IMG/VR virus record: IMGVR_UViG_3300044730_000313
Span: 1 to 64,000 of that record
DNA: 64,000 nucleotides
Strand: one strand, 5' to 3'
DNA from: a virus
Of this stretch, positions 16,653 through 27,400 are shown piece by piece. The position numbers and the translations under genes are program-made. Positions within the stretch are counted from its first letter, which is position 1. Every line of letters starts with the position of its first letter. A model generated the notes under the pieces. It did not search any database. It worked only from the letters and a program-made list of their open reading frames with translations, and had not been told where the DNA came from.

Positions 16653-17522
16653 TTATTTCAGAGAATCAATAATCTGTTGAATGTTAAATATCTCAGTTTC
16701 GTTATTGTAAGGAAACTCTAATAGGTTTCCTGCTATGTCAAACTTCTGTAGATATGCATTTCTAAGCTCAGGTTTCTTAGTGAATGGGTTGGACACAATG
16801 TTATTGTGCACCTCATGACCAAACACTACAGGAGTGTTTGCTATCCACAGCACTGTAGAAGGCTTGTTTAAAGCTGCTGCAGCATGGTGTCCAAAGCTAT
16901 CCATGAGTAGACGTTTCTCACTAAGAGATATAAGAACACACAGAGCTCTAAAGTTATCTGTTACAGACGTGGTGCCATTATATGCTATTTGATCCTCACG
17001 TCTTATGTGCACAATGTTGTATTCACTTTCATAAGCTCGTATAACATCAGACACAACAACAGAAGGAATGTCTCTAGCCCAAGAGTATTTAAGATCTTGG
17101 TTAGGAGCTCCTCCGTTTGTTTGAAGTAGTAGGATGGGTTTGTCAGAACTAAACTTGCTAGCAAAGAATGTATTTTCTCTTTCTGTAAGGAATATTTCAG
17201 GTTCTGTGCCATCATGCTCTATTCCAAACATTCTGCACCATGTCTTAGATAGGTGTTCATCTTGCTTTAGATAGTCTGTTTCCACGTAGGGATCATGCAC
17301 AAATACCCTGAAGGCTTTGTCCTCAATAAAATCCTGATAGAAATAGCTCATATTGCCAAAGGCAAACGCTCTATCTACATAAGGATTGTTGAGAAAAACC
17401 TCAGGGTATCCACTTACAACAATGAGTTGATCCTCAGGATGTTGTTTCTTAATAGCTCTACATACAGCTGTAGCTATAACACACTTACCTATACCACCGT
17501 TAATTGAGAATATTATGTTCAT
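16653..17522 (-). CDS. GT9-like (heptosyltransferase-fold, GT-B) protein
   Basis: GGIGK..ATAV.RAIK, FLNNPYV, DSFGHHAAAALNKPSTVLW motifs. Confidence 0.7.
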   Translation of the reverse strand: MNIIFSINGGIGKCVIATAVCRAIKKQHPEDQLIVVSGYPEVFLNNPYVDRAFAFGNMSYFYQDFIEDKAFRVFVHDPYVETDYLKQDEHLSKTWCRMFGIEHDGTEPEIFLTERENTFFASKFSSDKPILLLQTNGGAPNQDLKYSWARDIPSVVVSDVIRAYESEYNIVHIRREDQIAYNGTTSVTDNFRALCVLISLSEKRLLMDSFGHHAAAALNKPSTVLWIANTPVVFGHEVHNNIVSNPFTKKPELRNAYLQKFDIAGNLLEFPYNNETEIFNIQQIIDSLK

Positions 17523-17536
17523 ACGTAGGTTTTCTA

Positions 17537-17568
17537 CAAAGATAGTTCCTACCTATGATAATTCCAAA
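17537..17568 (-). promoter_or_regulatory. Bacteroidota-type promoter for the sugar/sulfate operon
   Basis: TTTG (17568-17565), 20-nt spacer, TATCTTTG (17544-17537). Confidence 0.75.
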
Positions 17569-17913
17569 TTATTCTTCAGTGGTGGTGGTGGTAGTGGTAG
17601 TTGGACTATAAGCCAACACTGCCTCAGCAAGATCGTTCAACAACTCCTGATCCAGATCTTCTGCTTGCACTCTGAAGGATTCAGCATTAGGTTGGTTAGG
17701 TAACCAGTCTGAGAAAAGGGTGTTAAAGTTGTTGATCGCATGGAAGCTTTTAGGACCTGCATATCCTTCAGGTCTGTTAGCCCATACATCATCCACTACA
17801 GCATCCACCTGAGCCTGAAAAGCTGATATGGGAGCCTGTACATTCTGTGTGTCAGAGATTGCTTGTACAGTTCCAAATCCAAAGATGTGGAGGGTGTTCC
17901 AAGTTTGCGCCAT
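17569..17913 (-). CDS. fibre-associated small protein with poly-Thr tail
   Basis: 114 aa ending SPTTTTTTTTEE; lies downstream of the fibre genes. Confidence 0.65.
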   Translation of the reverse strand: MAQTWNTLHIFGFGTVQAISDTQNVQAPISAFQAQVDAVVDDVWANRPEGYAGPKSFHAINNFNTLFSDWLPNQPNAESFRVQAEDLDQELLNDLAEAVLAYSPTTTTTTTTEE

Positions 17914-17927
17914 GTTACTAGTTTTTA

Positions 17928-17959
17928 CAAAATTAATAAATATTTATGATTATTCCAAA
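17928..17959 (-). promoter_or_regulatory. Bacteroidota-type promoter
   Basis: TTTG (17959-17956), 20-nt spacer, TAATTTTG (17935-17928); shares the tatgat.attccaaa context with the 17537 promoter. Confidence 0.7.
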
Positions 17960-17965
17960 GTTATC

Positions 17966-18493
17966 TTAGCAAGTTACAGGGAAGCTAACTACATACCAAT
18001 CAGTTCCATTATATCCCACCTCAACAGCATTATTAGGTGAATACCAGTACCAAGAAGTTGTTGTGCTCAATTGATAGAAACCATTGATTGTCAAGATGGT
18101 ATTTGTTGTAAGAGTTCCTGTATAAGAGTACACTGCTGTAGCTGCTGTTGCTCCATTATTACAAGCATCAGTGGAAGAGGTCCAGCCGTTTGTAATAGCT
18201 TTATTTCTTCCACTACCATGTAATGTAATACTTGTTGGTGCAGATGTGGTAGTAGTGGTAGTTGTCGTACCAGAAGCAACTAGATCAGATTTAACAACCA
18301 ACTGATTAGAAGCCTTTGCTGCATAAGGAGCATAAGAAGTGTCAATACTCACATAAGTGCTTGCGTCTGACTTAGTTATCTGTTCACTGCTAACAGGAAT
18401 AGTGGTAAGGGCTGTGAAAACACCAGTGTTTACAGCGTTCTGAAGGTTGTTAAATGATACAGTTTGGTTATTTGCTAAACCTGCCCAACTCAT
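17966..18493 (-). CDS. putative distal fibre/receptor-binding accessory protein
   Basis: 175 aa, two domains joined by a poly-Thr linker; ATGA overlap with the stop of the giant fibre. Confidence 0.65.
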   Translation of the reverse strand: MSWAGLANNQTVSFNNLQNAVNTGVFTALTTIPVSSEQITKSDASTYVSIDTSYAPYAAKASNQLVVKSDLVASGTTTTTTTTSAPTSITLHGSGRNKAITNGWTSSTDACNNGATAATAVYSYTGTLTTNTILTINGFYQLSTTTSWYWYSPNNAVEVGYNGTDWYVVSFPVTC

Positions 18494-21400
18494 GGTGTAA
18501 GCTTTTTAATAATATCTTCAAGTTGAGCAATCCTTTCTTCAAGTTTAGTCATCTTATAGATGTGAACTTGGTGATAATCAACATTATAGTAGCCACGTTC
18601 GTCTGTTTTTACAGCATTTGGTAGCACCTCTTTGATATTTTGTGCAGAGTAGCCTATGTTGATAACACTAGGATCACCCTCTTTCCAGTTGTAATAAATA
18701 GGACTTACACAGTCAGAAGAAGAAACACGACAATGTACATTTTTGAGGCGTTCATCAGAGGTTTCAAAATAGGCTACTGCCCACATACAGGATGTAGCAC
18801 AGAAGTTATTCCAATAGAAGGTGCATCCGCAAGAGCCTGATATGTTGCAGCCTCCACCACCTCCCGCTGTTCCTGATATAGTGTTTCCACATCCACCAAG
18901 GACTGAAGAACATCCACCTGAAGCTGTGTTTGCGCATCCACTAAATACACCTGATGCTATTGCTGAGGCAGTGTTATAAGAGCCTCCGCCCACTGTAGAG
19001 CAATAACTTGAAGTGGTATTTAAGGCACCCCCTGATATTGTACTTCCGAGTCCTGAAGCTGTGTTTGCAGCACCACCGCCAATAACTGATTGTATTCCTG
19101 AGCCGAGATTCAGAATACCACCTCCAATTGTTGAACAAGCCCCTGTGGCTCTGTTTTGACAGCCGCCTCCTATAAATGAAAGACATCCTGCTGCGACAAA
19201 ACAAGTTGCTGCAACACTATATGTTCCTCCCGCTGCATTCCAAGTCCCCCCAACTGTGTTGTTTCCAACCCCGCCTGCCACTGTCGCTCCCGCTGTGCAA
19301 AGAGAACAAACAGTAGAGCAAAGGATATTACATATACCTCCACCTATTGTTGCATTATTACCTTGCACGACATTTCTGTAACCCCCACTAATTGATGATG
19401 CATAGCCTATTGCAGAGTTTACATATCCTCCTGCTACAGTTGCATAATAGTTTGAGGCTGTGTTTGTTGTTCCTCCCCCAACAGTGGCTCTTCTAACTGT
19501 GGCGCAGTTGTTTATACCTCCTGCAACAGTTGTTTGGTCTGCACTTGCACAGTTTGCACTACCTCCTCCGACAAATGAATCGCTTCCTAATGATTTGTTG
19601 AATTTACCACCTGAAACTGTTGAGCAAGCACCTGAAGCAACATTCTGTTGTCCACCCCCAACAGTTGACCTCGCTGCTGTTGAGCAGTTAAGTATTCCTC
19701 CCCCAACCGTGGAGCCATTGTTTCCTGTGGCTTCGTTCCTATACCCACCTGATATTGTTCCGTAACCTCCTGAAGCTATGTTTTGATAACCACCTCCTAT
19801 AAATGCGTAGGCTCCCGATGCTGTGCTATTATAACCTCCTGCTACGACACTTCTTCCGCTGTTAGATGTGTTACTATCACCACCTCCTATAAAAGTATAA
19901 ACCCCCGAAGAAACATTCGATGCACCGCCTCCAACAACAGTTGCATAATTACCGCTTGCAGTGTTTCCCGTTCCTCCACCTACGAATGAACGAGAACCTG
20001 AAGATAAATTACTTTCACCACCACCTATAAATGAACAGCCTCCTGATGAAGTGTTATTAATACCACCCACAACAGAAGCCCTTGAACTTGATGCAGTGTT
20101 ACTTTGTCCGCCTCCAACAAAAGACCATCCGCCTGACGCTGTGTTACTTCTACCGCCCACTACAGCAGCACATATACTTGAAGCTGTGTTAGATTGACCA
20201 CCAACTACCACCGAGTAGTTACCACTAACAGTATTAGCACCACCTGTTAAAATGCCTCCTTCTGTAGCTGATGATATTTGGTTACTATAACCACCTGCTA
20301 TGACATGATAAGAACCACCTACGATTCTATTGTTATAACCACCACCAATTGAGTTTACGAATCCTGTGGTAATACAGTTTTGAAATCCACCACCAATGAC
20401 ATTACATCCTGAGGATGTTCCACAAATTCTATTTTGTTGCCCTCCACCAATTACATTTCTTACACCTGCTGTAGAATAGTTATTACTACCACTACCTATA
20501 AATTCATATCCTCCTGTTGCAGTATTAGTTTGACCACCTGCAATTACAGCAAAATTATTTGAAACAGTGTTTGATTCCCCTCCTGCGACAGTAGATGAAG
20601 TTCCACTTGCAGTGTTTGCTACACCACCTCCAACAGTAGAACCATATCCACTACTTGTGTGGTTTCTACCACCTCCCACAAATGAATACGCACCTAAGGC
20701 TTTATTATTATCACCACCTACTACAGCACCTACATATCCTGGAGCACAGTTGTAATAACCACCCCCTACAAAAGAATATCCATTACTTGCCTGATTTCCT
20801 GTTCCACCAACAACAGTTGAAACATAACTTCCACTAGCAGTATTAAGACAACCACCACCTACAAATGAACAAGCACCTGAAGCAATGTTTGCTCTTCCTC
20901 CTGAAACTACCGAAGTAGCACCTGAAGCGGTATTTTGATAACCACCTGAAATAGTTGAGTTTGTTCCTGATGCTGTACTATTATATCCACCACCAATAGT
21001 TGCATAATAACCTCCACTTGCTACGTTATCTCCACCTCCACCTATTGCACTTGTTACTCCTGAGGCTACGTTACTATTACCACCTGCTACTGTTGAAAAT
21101 AATCCTGATGCTACATTACTATTACCACCTGTTACTGTAGAGCGATCACCTGCTGCTCTATTCTGAAAACCTCCACCTATTGTACTATAAATACCTGCTG
21201 TACAGACCGTTGGGTTCACAGTTGGCACTCCATAAGCATTCCATGTTCCACCCGTAGTGTTATTACCAATACCACCTGCTATTGTCGCTCCTGTTACGCA
21301 ACAAGTTGCTGTTGGGCTACATATCTTATTCCATGAACCACCACCAACAACAGACATATCCCCACTTGCGTTGTTGCATAAACCTGCACCCACAAATGAG

Positions 21401-24400
21401 TATCTACCACTAGCTGTGTTTTGCTGACCCCCAGCCACTGCTGAGTATCCACAGGTAGCTGCGTTATAATAACCACCACCAACAAATGTTCCCGAAGCAG
21501 TAGAGCAGATTCCTACACCTCCAACAATTGCAGCATATCCTGAAGAAGAAAGATTGCTATATCCACCAACGACAATTGAACAGTTACCTGATGCTGTATT
21601 TGATTGACCACCAAGCACAGCAGCACGATAACCCGATGATGTATTGCTATCACCACCACCCACTATTGACCTTCCACCTGAAGCTGTGTTTGAGGCACCA
21701 CCTGCTACAGTTGGGAAATAACCTCCACTTGCTGTGTTACTTGAACCACCACCAACAAAACTCCATCCTGAACTTGAAGCTGTGTTTCCAGAACCGCCAA
21801 CTACTGCCGCTCTAAATCCTGATGCACAATTGTTATAACCACCACCAACAAATGAAAAACATCCTACGGCTCTACTATTATAACCACCTGAGACGGTTGA
21901 ATATCCATGAGTAGCGCAGTTAAGAAGACCACCTCCAACTGTTGCGTAACAACAAGTTGTTTGGTTTGCATTACCACCTGAAATAGTGGAAATATACCCT
22001 GAGGCTGTGCTATTAACACCAAATACTGTAGTAAAACTTGCACTACCTGTATTACTTCTTCCTCCTACTGTTGCGTAATTTCCTGATGCAGTATTAGCTT
22101 GTCCTCCTGTGACTGTTGCTCTTGACCCTGATGCTGTATTAGAACACCCACCGCTTACAGTTGTGATGTAACCTGATGCTGTATTAGTCAAACCACCTGC
22201 TACAGTAGAATAAGTGCTTGAAGCTGTGTTAGTTCTACCTCCCCCCACCGCAGATGCACCTCCTGATGCTACGTTACCAAATCCACCTACAACAGCCGCA
22301 CAACCTCCTGAAACACTATTTCCTTGACCTGCTCCTATAAAGTTAGCCCAAGCTGATGTAGTATTTGATACACCACCTACTATAGTTCCATAGTAATTGC
22401 ATGATACAGTGTTATTATATCCACCACCAATAAATGCAAGACCTGAGCCTGCTATGCAGTTTGCACTACCCCCAACAATTGAAGAACGACCTGTAGAAGC
22501 TACAATGATATTACCATAGCCGCCACTTATACTATTGCAAGCAGTTGATGTAGAGTTGCCTCTTCCTCCTAAAACAGTTGATGTATTTCCTGATGCTGTA
22601 TTATTACAACCACCAACAACGCTTGAATTTGCACCCGAAGCTGTGTTCGTGCATCCACCACCTACAAATGATATATTACCACTTGCTGCGTTTGCTTTTC
22701 CACCTACTAATGCAGCACAGTTACCTGCCACTCCATTGATACTACCTGCTCCTAAGAATGCATAAGTACCACTTACTGTGTTAAAATATCCACCTCCTGC
22801 TACTGAATATACTCCTGATGCTGTATTGTTTTGTCCACCTGCTACAACTGAAAAATTATTTGTGGCAAGATTTGATTCACCACCTGCTATCGTTCCTCTT
22901 GTGCCTGACGCTGTATTACTTTGTCCACCCCCAACTGATGAAAAATTCCCCGTAGCTCTATTCTGAAATCCTCCTCCTATGAAAGAGTATTGACCTGCGT
23001 TACATACAGTAGGAGCAACAGTGAACGCACATGAAGCCAAAGACCAAGAACCACCTGTTGTATTATTTCCTACTCCACCTACTACAACTGCACCAAAAGC
23101 TAAACATCCTGATGTAGAATTAATTGCACGATTGCAATTACCACCACCTATAAATCCATTTATTGCATTTACTCTATTTGCGCAACCTCCAACCATGGCT
23201 GCGCCTGTTCCATCTACTAAATTAAGATATCCACCTGAAACAGTAGAACCTCCGTTAGCAGTTGCACAATTCAATAACCCACCACCTACAAATGAATATC
23301 CTCCTGATGAACTATTTGCTCTACCTCCACTGACTGTTGAAACAAAGCAAGAAGCAATATTACAGCATCCACCACCAATTGTTGAATGTCCTCCTGATGC
23401 TGTATTACCTTGACCACCTCCTACAAACGAACAGTTACCTGATGCTGTATTACTAATTCCTCCTGCAACTGTTGAAGCAGTTCCTGAAGCACCTCCTGCA
23501 TTACCTCCTGCCACTGTCGCAAATGCTCCACTCGCTGTGTTAACGATACCACCACCTACAAAAGCATATCCTGCTGAGGCTGTGTTTGCTTGACCACCAC
23601 CTATAAAGCTACAATTTCCTGAAGCAGTATTACATTGACCACTTCCTACTCCTGACCTAAGACCTGATGCACCATTAGCAAAACCTGCTCCAATAAAAGC
23701 CATACATCCTGAAGCAGAGTTAGCATTACCCCCACCAACATGAGATTCATTACCTCCTGCTGTGTTGTTATAACCACCACTTATTGACGACCAACTACCG
23801 CTTGATAGGTTACCCCTACCACTTAAAACACCTGCTGTTGTTCCTGAGGCCAAGTTGTTGCACCCAGCTCCAACAAAGCTAAATGCTCCGCTAGCAGTGT
23901 TAGTTCTACCGCCTGCTAATGAAGCGCATTTTCCAGAGACTACGTTATTACTACCTGCAAGGATGGCTGAGTACGAGTTGCTCACACTGTTGTTTCCTCC
24001 CACCACAATCGCGGATTCTGAGGCACTTGTGATCAAACAGTTTCTATATCCACCACCGATGAAATTGTATCCTCCTGATGTAATGCAGTTGCAGATACCA
24101 CCTACTAGTGTTTGCCAAACACCTGTTGAGATGTAGTTAAAACACCCTCCACCTATAAATGATTCAGCAGAAGAAGTTGCTCGGTTATAACATCCACCTA
24201 CAACAACATCGTGTGGACCTGATGCAACGTTTACAACACCACCGCCTATAACAGAGCGGTAGCCTGATGCAGTGTTGGTTTGACCTGCTCCAATAAAAGA
24301 TTGTCCACCTGAGGCTGTATTTACATTACCTCCTCCAAGTACAGATATAGAACCTGAAGCAGTGTTTCCATATCCACCTCCAATGAAAGAAATATATCCA

Positions 24401-27400
24401 CTTGCAGATTGCAGGCTTCCGCCAACTATTGCTGAAAAGTTTCCACAAGCACTTAAATATTGACCACCTCCTGCAAATGAACCTTGTCCACCTGCTAAGT
24501 TAGTAAAACCACCAACTGCTGTACTTCTATATCCGCTTGCACTATTACTTTGCCCTCCTAAAGCTGCACTGTAACTACCTGCTGAAGCATTACCTACACC
24601 ACACCTAACCGAAGAACATGTTCCTCCACCAAGAATAATAACAGCAGAAGAACCTACATTTATACCACTAGTGCCACTGGTACCTGACGTTCCAGATGTA
24701 CCACTTGATCCACTAGTGCCTGATGTACCTGAAGATCCAGCTGTACCAGAGGTACCTGTTGTACCACTAGTCCCTGTTGTTCCTGAGGTGCCTGATGTAC
24801 CGTTTACACCACTGGTCCCAGATGTACCTGATGACCCAGAGGTGCCACTAGACCCACTAGTGCCACTAGTTCCTGGAGATCCGTTAGTACCACTTGAACC
24901 TGCTGTTCCACTTGTTCCACTGCTACCAGCTGTGCCTGAGCTACCGCTAGTTCCTGATGATCCAGAAGTGCCTGACGTACCATTAGTACCGTTTATACCA
25001 CTTGTACCACTGCTACCAGAGGTGCCACTAGTTCCAGACGTACCTGTTGTACCGCTGGTGCCACTAGTTCCTGTTGTACCACTACTTCCTGCTGTACCGC
25101 TAGACCCAGAGGTTCCAGATGTACCTGGACTACCTGCTGTACCACTAGTGCCAGAAGATCCTGAAGATCCAGAACTTCCACTTGAGCCACTTGTACCACC
25201 ACTACCGTCTGTACCTGATGTGCCAGACGTGCCTGATGAACCAGAGCTACCACTGGTGCCTGAGCTTCCAGAGGTTGCACTTGTACCAGAGGTACCAGAC
25301 GTACCTGTGGTTCCAGAGGTACCTGTAGTTCCACTAGTTCCTGCAGTGCCACTTGTACCACTTGATCCACTAACACCAGAGGTTCCAGATGAACCTGATG
25401 TACCTGTCGTACCAGATGTACCTGATGTAGAAGATGATCCAGAGGACCCTGAACTACCACTAGTTCCTGATGTACCTGAAGGAGGGGTGAATGTGGTTTG
25501 TGCGTATGAGTAGTTACTTGTTCCTTCTGTATAGAATGTAATGTTTTGACTTCCGCCTCCTGTGTGCTCAGCATAGATTTGGCAATAGAGCCTGTCTGTA
25601 GTGAGCATTGCTGTTTGAGGTAGGAACAGGTCTGTAAAGAACTCCTTGATGGTATTGGTGGTCATCACCTCAGTGTCAAGGTTGGTGGTTCCTAAGGAAA
25701 CCACGCTTCCACCTGTGGAGTCACATTTGTAAAGCTCCACATCCACCTTCATGCTAACATTAGCATTTATTGAGAAGTGTGTAACCCATGCCCAAAGTCC
25801 TGAAGGTAAACTTATTACGCCTGGAACATTTGAGTCAGTGGCAAATGTAGCAATTAGTGTTCTGGTGCTACCAGCAACACTTGTCACCACTGTTTGTTCT
25901 GCACCACCTGTAGGTGTACCAGACCATTGCTTATATGTAGGAGTGCCTATTGCACTACTAGTGTTTAATGATTGGTTTAGATAGTATACAAGTCCTCCAG
26001 ATACACCGTTTTGACCTGAGGAGCCCGATGTTCCAGATGTGCCTGAAGTACCAGTTGTTCCTGAAGAACCACTAGTTCCACTGGACCCAGAACTTCCAGA
26101 GCTTCCAGAGCTTCCGCTAGTACCACTTGTTCCAGATGTACCACTGGTTCCTCCAGAACCATCCGTACCACTAGAACCAGAGGTTCCACTTGTTCCAGAA
26201 GATCCTGAGCTTCCAGACGATCCACTTGTTGCACTTGTTCCACTTGTGCCTGATGTTCCTCCAGATCCATCAGTACCGCTTGAGCCTGATGTACCTGAAG
26301 TGGCAGAAGTACCTGATGTTCCACTCGTTCCCCCTGTTCCATCTGTACCAGATGTTCCAGAAGTGCCTGAGGTTCCACTAGTTGCAGAGGTTCCTGAGGT
26401 ACCTGTTGTACCTGAAGTTCCTGACGTTGCACTAGTTCCACTACTTCCTGACGTTCCAGATGTACCGCTTGTACCTCCAGATCCATCAGTTCCAGAGCTA
26501 CCAGATGTTCCACTGGTTCCACTAGACCCACTGGTCCCTGTAGTGCCACTTGTTCCACTAGTTGCTGACGTACCAGAAGTACCAGATGTACCTCCTGTTC
26601 CGTCTGTAGCGCTAGTACCTGATGTACCACTTGTAGCTGATGTACCCGATGTACCTGATGTTCCACCAGTACCATCAGTGGCTGATGTTCCAGACGTACC
26701 ACTGGTGCCAGAAGTGCCTGTAGAACCTGAGGTACCAGATGTGCCCGTAGTACCGCTAGTCCCAGATGTTGCACTGGTTCCTGAAGTTCCCGTAGTACCA
26801 CTGGTGGCAGAGGTTCCTGACGTACCTGATGTTCCTGTTGTGCCTGATGTGCCAGAAGTTCCACTTGTACCACCAGTACCATCTGTTGCAGATGTACCAG
26901 AAGTACCCGTAGTGCCTGATGTGCCACTTGTTCCTGCTGTCCCACTTGATCCAGAAGAACCACTTGTTCCTGTTGTACCAGAGGTTCCCGTAGTTCCAGA
27001 GGTTCCACTTGTACCTGTAGTTCCAGACGTACCAGAGGTCCCACTAGTACCGCTGGTTCCTGATGTACCCCCTGAACCATCTGTTCCTGATGTTCCAGAT
27101 GTCCCCGTGGTACCTGAAGTTCCAGTGGTGCCTGACGTGCCTGACGTACCACTAGTTCCAGAGGTACCAGTAGTGCCAGAAGTACCTGTGGTACCTGATG
27201 TTCCTGTGGTTCCACTGGTCCCGCTGGTACCACTTGTACCAGAGGTTCCAGAGCTACCTGATAGGTCACCAGCAAGGGCTGCCTCTATCTTCTCAAGAGC
27301 TATCTGAAGGTTGTCATTTGTATTAATCTTTGTGTAGACCAGGTTGGGTCCTTCATAGAACACACAGGTGGCGTTCAATATAATAGGACAAGGATTGGCT

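Noticed and set aside
8910-17522. Host LPS biosynthesis island (bacterial chromosome or assembly chimera)
   Set aside because: The cluster sits seamlessly between phage fibre and lysis genes, with the same promoter type and gene packing; no flippase, ligase or other bacterial context
24660-27262. Possible CRISPR array or DNA satellite
   Set aside because: The repeats are degenerate 9-nt coding units without identical repeats or unique spacers; no cas genes are present
24671-27307. Plus-strand ORFs of 280 and 422 aa (VPxVP repeats) and alternative-frame minus ORFs of 193 and 432 aa
   Set aside because: Stop-free shadows of the GTS codon repeats in the fibre gene; no independent start or promoter context
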